Assembly: GCA_038064495.1 (NCBI GenBank)
Contig: JBBTSZ010000002.1
Span: forward strand, 344,934 to 408,933
Reading direction: 5' to 3'
DNA: 64,000 nt
From: Patescibacteria group bacterium
Lineage (GTDB): Bacteria > Patescibacteriota > Minisyncoccia > Phycocordibacterales > Phycocordibacteraceae
The position numbers and the translations under genes were made by a program. Below, one piece after another: positions 8,136 to 16,997 of this stretch. The first letter of the stretch is position 1, and the number at the start of each line of letters is the position of its first letter. The notes below the pieces were generated by a model. That model was given only the letters and a program-made list of their open reading frames with translations, did no database searches and was not told the DNA's origin.

Positions 8136-10109
8136 CTACCACACCATTTCGCGTGCTGAGGGTAGTCGATACATCTTATCTTTCTTGGTAATACCGTAGG
8201 CTTCGTAGAAAGCATCAAGGTTTGAGACAGGACCGTTAATGCGGAAGATACCCGGAGCATGTGGGTCGGTCAGCACCTGAGACTTTACAAACTCAGGTCG
8301 CGCGTTTTCACGCTCAAAGATGGCGAACGCAAGAAAGAATCTTTGTTCTGGTGTAAGGCCATCAATATCTTTTCTGCCGGTGCGTTTCAGCTGGAGTTGG
8401 TACGCATCTAGTGCAATAGAAAGACCGCCAAGGTCGGCGATGTTCTCGCCAAGCGTGAGTTTTCCGTTCACCTTCACGCCGTCTGCAACCGTATACTGGT
8501 CAAACTGCTTACGAACACGCTCTGCTTTCCTTTCAAATCGCTTACGGTCACCGGAAGTCCACCAGCTCTTCAAGTTTCCTTTTTCGTCAAATTTAGAACC
8601 CTGGTCGTCAAAACCGTGGGTAATCTCGTGTCCAATAACGGCGCCGATAGCTCCGTAGTTCACGGCGTCGTCAGCAGTATGACTAAAGAAGGGCGCTTGA
8701 AGGATGGCGGCAGGGAAAGCTATATCGTTTAAGTTTGGTGCGAAGTAGGCGTTCACCGTCTGTGGGTACATAAACCACTCATCACGGTCTATAGGGCCGC
8801 GGAGCTTCTTCAATTGGCGTCTATGTTCAAACGCGCTTGAACGCATCAGATTCCCAAGATACTCATCAGGACGCACCACGAGCCCTCGATATGACTTCCA
8901 CTTGTCAGGATACCCAATCTTGCGATTAAGTGAGCGGAGCTTCAGCAATGCCTTCTTTTTGGTTTTTGGACTCATCCAATCAAGGCCTTTGATGCGGGCC
9001 GCATAGGCGGTAAACAAGTCGTCTACCAAGATATTCATTTTTTTCTTCGCTTCGGGTGGGAAGTGTTTTTTCACGTAGATTTGCCCAAGCACCTCGCCCA
9101 AGTTGCCATTTACGGAGCCAAGAATCCGACGCCACAGTGGCTTCATTACCTTCGTACCTGAAAGCACCGTTCCATAAAAAGAAAATTGCTCGCGAATGAA
9201 TGGTTGTGAGAGTGCGCCGGCAAGGGAACTGACCGCGTGAAATTCAAGGTAGATTTTCCAGTCCTCAATTGAAATAGAATCCAGAAGCTTAGAGACTCCT
9301 GCGTAGAATTCCGGTTGCATCACAATGAAATAGGGAAGTTCACCCACGCCGACGTACGCGAAGTAGCGCTTCCAGTCCATTCCAGGTGCAAGCTTTTCTA
9401 GCTGCGGGCGTGTGAACTTATGATACGTCTTCTCTGCATCACGAGAATCCTCTTTCTTCATGGAAATACGTGCAAGCGCGGTCTCAGTTGTCAGTATGGA
9501 TTCCATACGCCTGGTAGCGTCTCCCGTGCTGTAGCCAATAAGTTTCAGCAAACGGACACCATGCGTCTTATAGGCATTTCGTACACGTACTGATTCCGCA
9601 TCATCCTTCAGATAGTAATCACGGTCGGGCATACCAAGACCGTCCTGCACCATATGGAGTGCGTAGCGCGTGCTGTTCTTTGCATCTTGGTCAACAAAGC
9701 CAGCCCAGAGTGCATCAAGTCCCACCTTATGGAATTCAGCAATCAGTTTAAGAAGGTCGCCTTTTGAGCGCACCTTTGCAACTTTGGAACGCCACGGAGC
9801 GAGCGGTTTTGCACCAAGGGCGTTTCGTCGCTTCATATCCATACCCGAGCGGTAGAAGTCGCGAATCATTTGCTCCGGAGAACCTTTTTTGAGTCCGCGT
9901 GCTGACTCCACCTCATCAAGTATCTTCTTCAGTTTCTTGTCCGTGTCATAGCGCAACATAACAAAACTACCCCAGCGTGCTTCAGACTTTGGGATGGGAT
10001 TGACTCGCATCCATTTTTTATTCACGTGGTGATAAAAGTCGTCCTGCGGACGTATCTTTGCGTCAAGCTCTTTCGGGTCAAATCCCCATCCTTTTGGTTT
10101 CGTACTCAT
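8136..10109 (-). CDS. pepO: M13 family zinc metalloendopeptidase (PepO-like)
   Basis: HEITHGFDDQG HExxH zinc site. 657 aa with neprilysin-like architecture. Confidence 0.85.
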   Translation of the reverse strand: MSTKPKGWGFDPKELDAKIRPQDDFYHHVNKKWMRVNPIPKSEARWGSFVMLRYDTDKKLKKILDEVESARGLKKGSPEQMIRDFYRSGMDMKRRNALGAKPLAPWRSKVAKVRSKGDLLKLIAEFHKVGLDALWAGFVDQDAKNSTRYALHMVQDGLGMPDRDYYLKDDAESVRVRNAYKTHGVRLLKLIGYSTGDATRRMESILTTETALARISMKKEDSRDAEKTYHKFTRPQLEKLAPGMDWKRYFAYVGVGELPYFIVMQPEFYAGVSKLLDSISIEDWKIYLEFHAVSSLAGALSQPFIREQFSFYGTVLSGTKVMKPLWRRILGSVNGNLGEVLGQIYVKKHFPPEAKKKMNILVDDLFTAYAARIKGLDWMSPKTKKKALLKLRSLNRKIGYPDKWKSYRGLVVRPDEYLGNLMRSSAFEHRRQLKKLRGPIDRDEWFMYPQTVNAYFAPNLNDIAFPAAILQAPFFSHTADDAVNYGAIGAVIGHEITHGFDDQGSKFDEKGNLKSWWTSGDRKRFERKAERVRKQFDQYTVADGVKVNGKLTLGENIADLGGLSIALDAYQLQLKRTGRKDIDGLTPEQRFFLAFAIFERENARPEFVKSQVLTDPHAPGIFRINGPVSNLDAFYEAYGITKKDKMYRLPSAREMVW

Positions 10110-10147
10110 AGCACAGAGTATACAAGCCGTGGTATCGTCTGACTATT

Positions 10148-12067
10148 ATGACTGTTTCTGAAGTACGTTCACGCTACCTCGCGTTCTTTGAAGCGCGTGG
10201 CCATAGGGTTATCCCATCTGCCCCAATCGTGCCGGGTAATGACCCGACGACCCTCTTTACTTCTTCCGGTATGCAGCCCCTCGTGCCATACCTCCTTGGA
10301 AAAGACCATCCAGAAGGAAATCGTCTTGTAAATTCGCAGATGTCCTTTCGTGCGGGTGACATAGAAGAAGTCGGAGACAACCGCCATACGACCTTCTTTG
10401 AAATGCTGGGTAACTGGTCACTTGGTGACTACTTCAAAAAGGAACAGCTTCCCTGGATCTTTGAATTTCTAACCAGTAAGGAAGAAGGTCTTGGTCTTGA
10501 ACCAAGTAAACTCTACGTCACGGTATTTGCAGGCGACAAAGATACCGGCATGAAGCTTGATACCGAAGCAGTAGAGCTCTGGAAGGGATTGTTCAAAGAA
10601 AAGGGAATTGACGCTGAGTTTGCAAATATCGGTTCTGAAGCTGATGGGTACGTACATGGCATCAACGGCAATGAACGTATCTTTGCCTACGACGCCAAGA
10701 AAAACTGGTGGAGCCGTGCGGGCATTCCTTCAAATATGCCTGCTGGCGAGCCTGGCGGCCCGGATTCAGAAGTCTTCTATGACTTTGGACTTCCGCACGA
10801 CACTTCGTGGGGTGCAAAGTGTCACCCAAACTGCGACTGTGGCCGCTTTGTTGAGATAGGAAACTCGGTGTTTATGCAGTACGTGAAAAACGAAGACGGC
10901 TCCTTCTCTAATCTGCCAAAACAAAACGTAGACTTTGGTGGTGGTCTTGAACGCCTTACCTTTGCAACACTCGGAACACCCGACGTGTTCCTTATAGACG
11001 TATTTGATGCGCCGAAAAAAGTGCTTGAGGAACGTTCAGGAAAGAAGTACGTTGAGAATGAGGAAACAACACGAGCGTTTAGAATCATTCTTGACCACAT
11101 GCGCGCAGCCTCCTTTATGCTCGCTGAGGGCGTGACGCCTTCAAACACTGAAGCAGGATACGTACTGCGACGTCTGCTTCGTCGAGCTATCCGCGAGACT
11201 GACCGGCTTGGGATAACCGATTCCGTACTTTCGCAAGTCTCAGCAAGCTATTCTGACTCCTATAGAAACCAGTATCCCCATATTGGTGAAGCACGCGACA
11301 CCATTTCTACTGAACTCTTGAAAGAGGAGGAACAATTTCGTAAAACTCTTGTGCAAGGCTTACGTGAGTTTGAGAAATTGCAAAAGAATGGACGCATTAC
11401 AGGCGAAGACGCCTTCATACTGTTTTCAACCTATGGGTTCCCCTTTGAACTCACCGCAGAGCGCGCTTCTGAACTCAACATTTCTATTGATGAGGCTGAA
11501 TTTACCGCTGCCATGGAAAAACACCAGGATACGTCTCGTGCTGGTGGTGCACAGCGCTTTGCGGGTGGACTAGCAGACCATGCCGAGCAGACGGTGCGTT
11601 ATCACACCACGCATCACATTCTTCTCAAAGCTCTTCAGATGGTGCTTGGGGATGAGGTAAAGCAGCGCGGCTCAAACATTACCTCCGAGCGTCTTCGCAT
11701 AGACTTCTCAGCGCCAGGAAAAATGACTTCTGAACAAAAGGAAGAAGTGGAAAAAGTAGTGAACGACGTCATCTACCAAGATTTGCCCGTCACACGTACC
11801 GTCATGCCACGCGAAGAGGCTGAGAAGCTTGGTGCACAGATGGAATTTGGAGTGAAGTATCCTGACATGGTCTCGGTGTATTCAGTTGGTCCTATCCACG
11901 CAACCGATGAACAACCGGATATTCCGAACGCGTTTTCACTTGAATTCTGTGGAGGTCCGCATGTAACGAATACCAAGGAAATTCACGAAGGTGGTAAGCG
12001 TTTCAAAATACAAAAAGAAGAGGCAGTCGCTGCTGGTGTTCGTCGCATAAAGGCGGTAATGGTCTAG
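10148..12067 (+). CDS. alaS: alanyl-tRNA synthetase, ending after the editing domain (no C-Ala domain)
   Basis: Class II AlaRS N-terminus (FTSSGMQP, GDIEEVGDNRHTTFFEMLGNWS) and editing-domain motifs HHILLKALQ and CGGPHV. Only 639 aa. Confidence 0.9.
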   Translation: MTVSEVRSRYLAFFEARGHRVIPSAPIVPGNDPTTLFTSSGMQPLVPYLLGKDHPEGNRLVNSQMSFRAGDIEEVGDNRHTTFFEMLGNWSLGDYFKKEQLPWIFEFLTSKEEGLGLEPSKLYVTVFAGDKDTGMKLDTEAVELWKGLFKEKGIDAEFANIGSEADGYVHGINGNERIFAYDAKKNWWSRAGIPSNMPAGEPGGPDSEVFYDFGLPHDTSWGAKCHPNCDCGRFVEIGNSVFMQYVKNEDGSFSNLPKQNVDFGGGLERLTFATLGTPDVFLIDVFDAPKKVLEERSGKKYVENEETTRAFRIILDHMRAASFMLAEGVTPSNTEAGYVLRRLLRRAIRETDRLGITDSVLSQVSASYSDSYRNQYPHIGEARDTISTELLKEEEQFRKTLVQGLREFEKLQKNGRITGEDAFILFSTYGFPFELTAERASELNISIDEAEFTAAMEKHQDTSRAGGAQRFAGGLADHAEQTVRYHTTHHILLKALQMVLGDEVKQRGSNITSERLRIDFSAPGKMTSEQKEEVEKVVNDVIYQDLPVTRTVMPREEAEKLGAQMEFGVKYPDMVSVYSVGPIHATDEQPDIPNAFSLEFCGGPHVTNTKEIHEGGKRFKIQKEEAVAAGVRRIKAVMV

Positions 12068-12130
12068 TTCTAAACCTACTCTGCCAACCAACTTTAATAT
12101 GAAAAAGAAAACCGCTAGCATCGCTAGCGG

Positions 12131-12296
12131 TTGGAAGAGGTGGGTGGCAGGCTTAGCCAAGATGGAAGGGTTAACACCCAAAACCTTAAGAGGCTTCTCA
12201 AGCCTCGCTGTTAAGCGAGGCGGCTTAATCCACCTATATCAGCTTATCCCTGCCGGGAGTCTCGTTTGATGTCCTCCTGCCACCCATAGAGATTGT
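12131..12296. ncRNA. candidate structured RNA, unclassified
   Basis: Long-range helix ttggaagaggtgggtggcagg (12131-12151) pairs with cctgccaccca...ttcca (12276-12298). It encloses nested hairpins gggt-taac-accc, gaggctt-ctc-aagcctc and gcctcgc-tgttaa-gcgaggc, the last two mutually exclusive. The 340 bp region is convergent-intergenic. Confidence 0.3.
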
Positions 12297-12409
12297 TCCA
12301 TATAGCTCGTTGCTTGCAAGTGAGTTCCAACGTCGTCCCAGACTGCCAGTCGTAAAACGAAAACCGCCCAGCAGAACCGAACGGTTCCGTAGGCGGAATG
12401 AATTGGAAG

Positions 12410-12847
12410 TCAGGATACCGGCTGTTGCATCTCGGCTAGCATGACAAGGCTGCATGTTCCGCCGATTTCGTCGTGCGGTATCTGCTCGAAGTCGAAACTT
12501 CCGAAAAGCTCCGACATCATAGAACGGACTTCACCGGAGATTCTGTCGAATTCCTTCGAAGATCCCATGATGATAAGCATTGAACGTGTTATCGCCACCG
12601 TCTCGATTCCTTGTACCTTGCTCAGCTTCTCGACGAGGAGACCTAGCTCCTCGCTTTGCTCTCGTGCACGGAATACCGAACCTTGCGTATCATCCTCATC
12701 CGCAAAGAAGGCAAAGATAGCCTTCGAACGCAAAGGGAGCTTGAAGGCAGGATCTGTGAACCAAAACAATAAACGATCTTGTGTCCCGATGGTAGGAGTG
12801 AACGTTCCGTACACCGCAAGAGGCGCTATTCCGAATTCGTCTTCCAT
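12410..12847 (-). CDS. hypothetical protein
   Basis: 145 aa ORF with balanced acidic/basic composition. The overlapping plus-strand ORF is Ser/Cys-rich and looks spurious. Confidence 0.4.
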   Translation of the reverse strand: MEDEFGIAPLAVYGTFTPTIGTQDRLLFWFTDPAFKLPLRSKAIFAFFADEDDTQGSVFRAREQSEELGLLVEKLSKVQGIETVAITRSMLIIMGSSKEFDRISGEVRSMMSELFGSFDFEQIPHDEIGGTCSLVMLAEMQQPVS

Positions 12848-13017
12848 GGCGGTTCTCCAGTAGTTTGATCTAGACAGAATCTATCACATGTTGCAGAGAG
12901 GTTCCACTACAGTCCTCGTACGCTCTAGAACCGAACAACGAGCCACAGATACGCGCCTACAATGAATTCTTACTTAATAGATAGTGTTGAAACAAACGTC
13001 CGCTATACTAGAACGTA

Positions 13018-14154
13018 ATGGGTTTGTTCAATTTTAAGAAAACGAAATCAACCGTCGCTGTTGTTGACGTACGCTCTTCGTCTATTGGAGCAGCGTACGT
13101 GCTCGTGGAGGAGGGTGTCGTCCCGGTCATGGTGCACTATGTACGCTTTCCGCTCGAACCCCATGCAACCGAGCCATTTGAAGAAACATTTACGCGCACC
13201 ATGGACGGGGTGTTGTCAGCGCTCATTGAACGAGGCGGTCCACTGCTTCGTAATGCTACGGGAAGTGGCTCAGTAGATTCAGTACGGGTCTCTTGTACGA
13301 CACCGTGGAGTAGCTCCTACGTGCGGAGTGAAGTGATAGAGAAAGACGTTCCTTTTATCTATTCGAGAGCGCTAGGAGACAAAACAGATGAGCAAAAACT
13401 CCCTGATATGAAACAGGTGAGCGAAATGGTTATTGCAACGCTTCTGAACGGGTACGAGATAACAAATCCAGTGGGCAAGAAGGCTAAGCGAGCAGAATCC
13501 TTCGTACTGTCTTCTTTCATTCGTACAGACCTTATGGACCTGCTCCGTAAAAAGATACGTAAGGCATTTCACCAAGGAGACATAGAGTTTGATGCGTTTA
13601 TGCCAGAGCTATACGCGGTTACGCGTGACTTGTATCCGCATCAACGAGACTTTCTCGTGCTTGATGTGGGTAACGAGGCAACCGATATACTTTTGGTAAA
13701 GCACGGACTCTTGGTATCTATTACCTCACTTCCGCACGGCATAGCAGAAATACTGCGCGCTGCACGCGGCGCAGGCCTCTCCTCACCCACCGTTCCACTT
13801 GCCGGGCCGAGTAGTATGATTGACTCAGCACGTAACTCGGCTTTTGCCACTTCGGTAGCCGATGCACAGGCAATCTGGATAGGTCAAATGAAGTCCTCGC
13901 TTCTTGCCATTGCAAAACTAGAACCACTCCCACGCACCGTGCTTCTTCTTGCAGACGAAAATAATCGCGAATTCCTGAGGAGACTTCTGGATGCACCCGA
14001 GCTTCGTTCACTCTGGCTTTCTGATGAATCACTCGGCGTTCTCCCTATTCTTCCAGCTCAGTTCGCGCCATTCGTGGAGCTTCCTCCGCAGGTTGTGGGC
14101 GACGCAAGCCTGTCACTCTTGGCGCTTGCAGCAGCCAAGCGCTTTAGAGGCTAG
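13018..14154 (+). CDS. actin-like ATPase of the PilM/FtsA family (PilM-like)
   Basis: N-terminal VAVVDVRSSSIGAAYV and internal VLDVGNEATDILLV phosphate-binding motifs typical of PilM/FtsA. Followed by a single-TM membrane protein gene rather than ftsZ. Confidence 0.6.
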   Translation: MGLFNFKKTKSTVAVVDVRSSSIGAAYVLVEEGVVPVMVHYVRFPLEPHATEPFEETFTRTMDGVLSALIERGGPLLRNATGSGSVDSVRVSCTTPWSSSYVRSEVIEKDVPFIYSRALGDKTDEQKLPDMKQVSEMVIATLLNGYEITNPVGKKAKRAESFVLSSFIRTDLMDLLRKKIRKAFHQGDIEFDAFMPELYAVTRDLYPHQRDFLVLDVGNEATDILLVKHGLLVSITSLPHGIAEILRAARGAGLSSPTVPLAGPSSMIDSARNSAFATSVADAQAIWIGQMKSSLLAIAKLEPLPRTVLLLADENNREFLRRLLDAPELRSLWLSDESLGVLPILPAQFAPFVELPPQVVGDASLSLLALAAAKRFRG

Positions 14155-14236
14155 AACCTTCAGTACCCACAGCCACAGCAAGCCTTGTGCTCTGACTGGT
14201 ATACTAAGTCCCATATTCATTAGTAGAGCTATTTCT

Positions 14237-15547
14237 ATGCACAGGGACCTTAATGACATCATTCCTCCTTCTCGCCGACGCCACATTGGCATGGACGGCA
14301 TGGCTCCGGCACCCGTAACGCCACTACCTTCTACCGACCTACCAGCACGCCCTATGGATGCTCCAGCTGCCTACGAGCGCCCATCACCCATGACCCCAGT
14401 ACCACCTGCTCGTCGCTCAAAGTTCTCTATGGGTAGTCGCAGCGGATTTCCGTATGGCACCGCGCTCATAGCGCTTGTGGTCGTACTCATAAGTGCGGGT
14501 GTACTCTATGCCTTCTCTGGCGCAAAAGTCTCCATTGTTCCGGTCATGAATCCTGCAACGATTATGTCTGATTTCTCTGCAACTCTGAATCAAGGCGAGC
14601 TTCCGTTCCAAGTCGTTGGCGTAGAAAAGACGGTGTCGGTTAGTGTCCCAGCTGAGAGCACGGTTACCGCAAATGATCCAGCATCTGGAAAAATTACTAT
14701 CATCAACAAGCAGGCAGCTCCGCAAGCCCTGATTAAGAACACGCGCTTTGCGACCTCAGCTGGCTTGGTTTATCGCATTCATGACTCCGTCTCTATTCCA
14801 GCCGGCGGAAATATCTCCGTATCAGTCTATGCAGACGAGCCAGGCGATAAGTACAACATTGGCCCATCCACCTTTACGGTTCCAGGCCTCAAGGGAAGTA
14901 AGGCATTTGATCTCGTTACCGCGGTTTCTGATAAAGCAATGACCGGAGGATTTTCTGGGACACGTCCGTCAGTTGCTCAAGCAACGAAGGACAAAGAGTA
15001 TGCAAATCTCCAAGCGACGCTCACCACCGAGCTTGAGAAAGACTTAGCGGCAAAAGTTCCTGCTGGATACGTGCTGGTGCCAGGAGCAAGCTTCCCGAGT
15101 TACACACCTGTGCCTGACACAGCAGGTGCCTCAGGCACGGTTGCACTTTCTGAAACCGGTTCCATTACCGCGGTCCTCTTTCCTGAGGAGGCCCTTGCTC
15201 GCGCTATTGCAACAAAAGCTATTGGTACCTATACCGGTCAACCGGTTACGTTGAGTGACGTCAGCCAGCTTCTGGTAAAGCCAGTTGAATCCAGTATTGC
15301 TCCGGACGCAAGTACATTCGCCTTCAACCTTTCAGGTTCTACCACCGTCGTATGGGTCGTTGATGCAGAGAAGATTGCAGCGACGGTTGCATCAAAAACT
15401 CGAGAGTCAGCAGAGCTTGCACTCCGTAGTTTTCCTGAGGTAGACCGAGCCACGCTTGTCTTGAAGCCATTCTGGGCCAGAACCTTCCCGGCAGACCCTG
15501 CGAAAATCAAAGTTACCGTTCAGGGTGCAGAGCCTAGTAACAAATAG
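14237..15547 (+). CDS. hypothetical bitopic membrane protein (Pro-rich cytoplasmic N-terminus, one TM, large external domain), possibly a PilN/PilO-like partner
   Basis: Start chosen at the first ATG after the pilM-like stop, in frame with track ORF 13991..15547. TM helix GTALIALVVVLISAGVLYAF. Confidence 0.5.
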   Translation: MHRDLNDIIPPSRRRHIGMDGMAPAPVTPLPSTDLPARPMDAPAAYERPSPMTPVPPARRSKFSMGSRSGFPYGTALIALVVVLISAGVLYAFSGAKVSIVPVMNPATIMSDFSATLNQGELPFQVVGVEKTVSVSVPAESTVTANDPASGKITIINKQAAPQALIKNTRFATSAGLVYRIHDSVSIPAGGNISVSVYADEPGDKYNIGPSTFTVPGLKGSKAFDLVTAVSDKAMTGGFSGTRPSVAQATKDKEYANLQATLTTELEKDLAAKVPAGYVLVPGASFPSYTPVPDTAGASGTVALSETGSITAVLFPEEALARAIATKAIGTYTGQPVTLSDVSQLLVKPVESSIAPDASTFAFNLSGSTTVVWVVDAEKIAATVASKTRESAELALRSFPEVDRATLVLKPFWARTFPADPAKIKVTVQGAEPSNK

Positions 15548-15595
15548 GGCCTATAACCTGTCTACTTTCGCACCTCTGGTGCAAGGTGGGCGAGA

Positions 15596-15693
15596 AGTGC
15601 CCAGATGCTAGGCGCTCTTGAGCGAAAGTCTGAGCTGTACTTTTCGTACAGCGAGGGCATAAGCGAGGTGAGCAACACCGCAGATGGGCACTG
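15596..15693 (+). repeat. copy A of a ~95 nt structured element (family also at 57703 and 39915)
   Basis: Outer stem gtgccca/tgggcac. Internal GAGCGAAAGTC, a GTAC hairpin (ctgtac-ttttc-gtacag) and GAGCGAGGTGAGCAACACCGCAGA. About 75% identical to copy B, with compensatory stem changes. Confidence 0.5.
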
Positions 15694-15717
15694 CTCGTCT
15701 GCCTTCTACGGCCTGAG

Positions 15718-15746
15718 TTGACGCTATTTTAACTCCCTGCTACAAT
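15718..15746 (+). promoter_or_regulatory. sigma70-like promoter (TTGACG-17-TACAAT) upstream of infA
   Basis: ttgacg at 15718-15723, a 17 bp spacer, then tacaat at 15741-15746, 13 nt before the infA ATG. Confidence 0.45.
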
Positions 15747-15759
15747 AGCGAGGCTTCAC

Positions 15760-16002
15760 ATGGAGGAAAGTAAGACGAGCGATGCGGTTACAGGCACCGT
15801 AGAAGAGGTGCTCCCGAATTCGCTATTCAGGATTCGTATGCCGCAAGCAGACGAATCAGGAACAGAACCCGGGGAACTTCTGCTCGCCTATCTTTCTGGG
15901 AAGATGCGATTGCACCGAATACGCGTATTGGTAGGGGACACCGTAGAACTGGTCCTTGACCCGTACGGCGGTCGCGCGCGCATTGTCCGACGACTCTCGT
16001 AA
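15760..16002 (+). CDS. infA: translation initiation factor IF-1
   Basis: S1-like fold sequence GTVEEVLPNSLFRIRM...LLAYLSGKMRLHRIRVLVGDTVELVLDPYGGRARIVRR. Confidence 0.9.
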   Translation: MEESKTSDAVTGTVEEVLPNSLFRIRMPQADESGTEPGELLLAYLSGKMRLHRIRVLVGDTVELVLDPYGGRARIVRRLS

Positions 16003-16017
16003 GCACAACCAATTTAC

Positions 16018-16134
16018 ATGAAAGTACGCGCATCTATTAAGGTTCAGCAGCCCGGCGACATCATTGTTCGTCGCGGTGGACGTCTGTATCGCATTAATAA
16101 GCGCAATCCTCGCCGCAAGGCACGACAAGGCTAA
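16018..16134 (+). CDS. rpmJ: 50S ribosomal protein L36 (cysteine-less variant)
   Basis: 38 aa [41 protein letters not shown] between infA and rpsM. L36-like ends (MKVRAS..., ...KQRQG) but no Cys/His zinc ligands. Below the ORF-track size cutoff. Confidence 0.75.
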   Translation: MKVRASIKVQQPGDIIVRRGGRLYRINKRNPRRKARQG

Positions 16135-16151
16135 TCTAATTTTCGTACACT

Positions 16152-16532
16152 ATGCGTATCGCCGGAGTTACCCTTCCAGATGACAAGCAGCTCGTATATG
16201 CGCTGCCTATTATCTTTGGTATCGGTCCGACACGCGCAAAAGATATTTTGAACGAGGCAGGTATTGCACTCACAAAGAAGGGTTCAGAACTTACGGCAGA
16301 TGAGGAGCAAAAAATCCGTACGCTTTCTGAAGCGTTTACGATTGAAGGTGAGTTGAAGCGCGAAATCGGTCAGAACGTAAAGCGTTTGAAGGATATTCGT
16401 TCAGCTCGCGGCATGCGTCATGAGCGACGTCTTCCCGTTCGCAATCAGCGTACCAAGACGAATTCACGTACGGTGCGTGGCAACACCCGTAAGACCATGG
16501 GTAGCGGTCGTCGTTCACTAGAGAAGACATAA
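16152..16532 (+). CDS. rpsM: 30S ribosomal protein S13
   Basis: MRIAGVTLPDDKQLVYALPIIFGIGPTRAKDIL... is a canonical S13 N-terminus. Confidence 0.9.
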   Translation: MRIAGVTLPDDKQLVYALPIIFGIGPTRAKDILNEAGIALTKKGSELTADEEQKIRTLSEAFTIEGELKREIGQNVKRLKDIRSARGMRHERRLPVRNQRTKTNSRTVRGNTRKTMGSGRRSLEKT

Positions 16533-16549
16533 TTTAGAGCTATTTACCT

Positions 16550-16984
16550 ATGGGAAAGAAACGAATTATCAAGAAATCAGGGCGCGGCATGGACCAGGGG
16601 CGCAAAGAGCGCGCTCTCGGTAAGGCTGTTAAAAAGCGACTTGAACGCGGTGTACTTCACGTTGAAGCTACTTTTAACAACACCAAGGCCGTGCTTACCG
16701 ATGAAAAAGGTAACGCTTTTATGTCTTCTTCTGCAGGTGCACTTGGATTCTCAGGAGCTCGTAAGTCCACTCCCTATGCAGCCGCAAAGGTGGGTGAGCT
16801 TCTCGGAGAGCGAGCTATGGCGATTGGCGTAAAGGAAGCGTCCGTCATCATTCGCGGTGTTGGAGCAGGACGCGAGTCCACACTCCGCGCTTTTTCTGGA
16901 AAGGGCATCACGATTCGTTCTATTAAGGACGCAACCCCAGTGCCCCACAACGGACCACGCGCTCCTAAGCCTCGTCGCGTATAA
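16550..16984 (+). CDS. rpsK: 30S ribosomal protein S11
   Basis: GVLHVEATFNNTKAVLTDEKGNAFMSSSAGALGFSGARKSTPYAAA... matches S11. Confidence 0.9.
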   Translation: MGKKRIIKKSGRGMDQGRKERALGKAVKKRLERGVLHVEATFNNTKAVLTDEKGNAFMSSSAGALGFSGARKSTPYAAAKVGELLGERAMAIGVKEASVIIRGVGAGRESTLRAFSGKGITIRSIKDATPVPHNGPRAPKPRRV

Positions 16985-16997
16985 CTCTCATACTGAT

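Noticed and set aside
12131-12420. Possible RNase P RNA, tmRNA or SRP RNA in the alaS-downstream structured region
   Set aside because: I checked both strands for P4 strands (AGGAAAGUCCGGGC / ACAGAANNNGGCUUA), a tmRNA tag ORF ending in hydrophobic AA with a tRNA-like 3' end, and the SRP domain IV motif. Only weak partial matches were found. It is left as unclassified candidate structure.
12441-12863. Plus-strand 140 aa ORF overlapping the 12410..12847 minus-strand ORF
   Set aside because: It is Ser/Cys-rich with low-complexity composition. The minus-strand frame has the more protein-like composition. Both are still low confidence.
13991-14236. 5' extension of the membrane-protein ORF overlapping the pilM-like gene by 164 nt
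   Set aside because: The long overlap with the upstream gene is unlikely to be coding. The first ATG after the upstream stop (14237) gives a sensible Pro-rich N-terminus followed by a TM helix.
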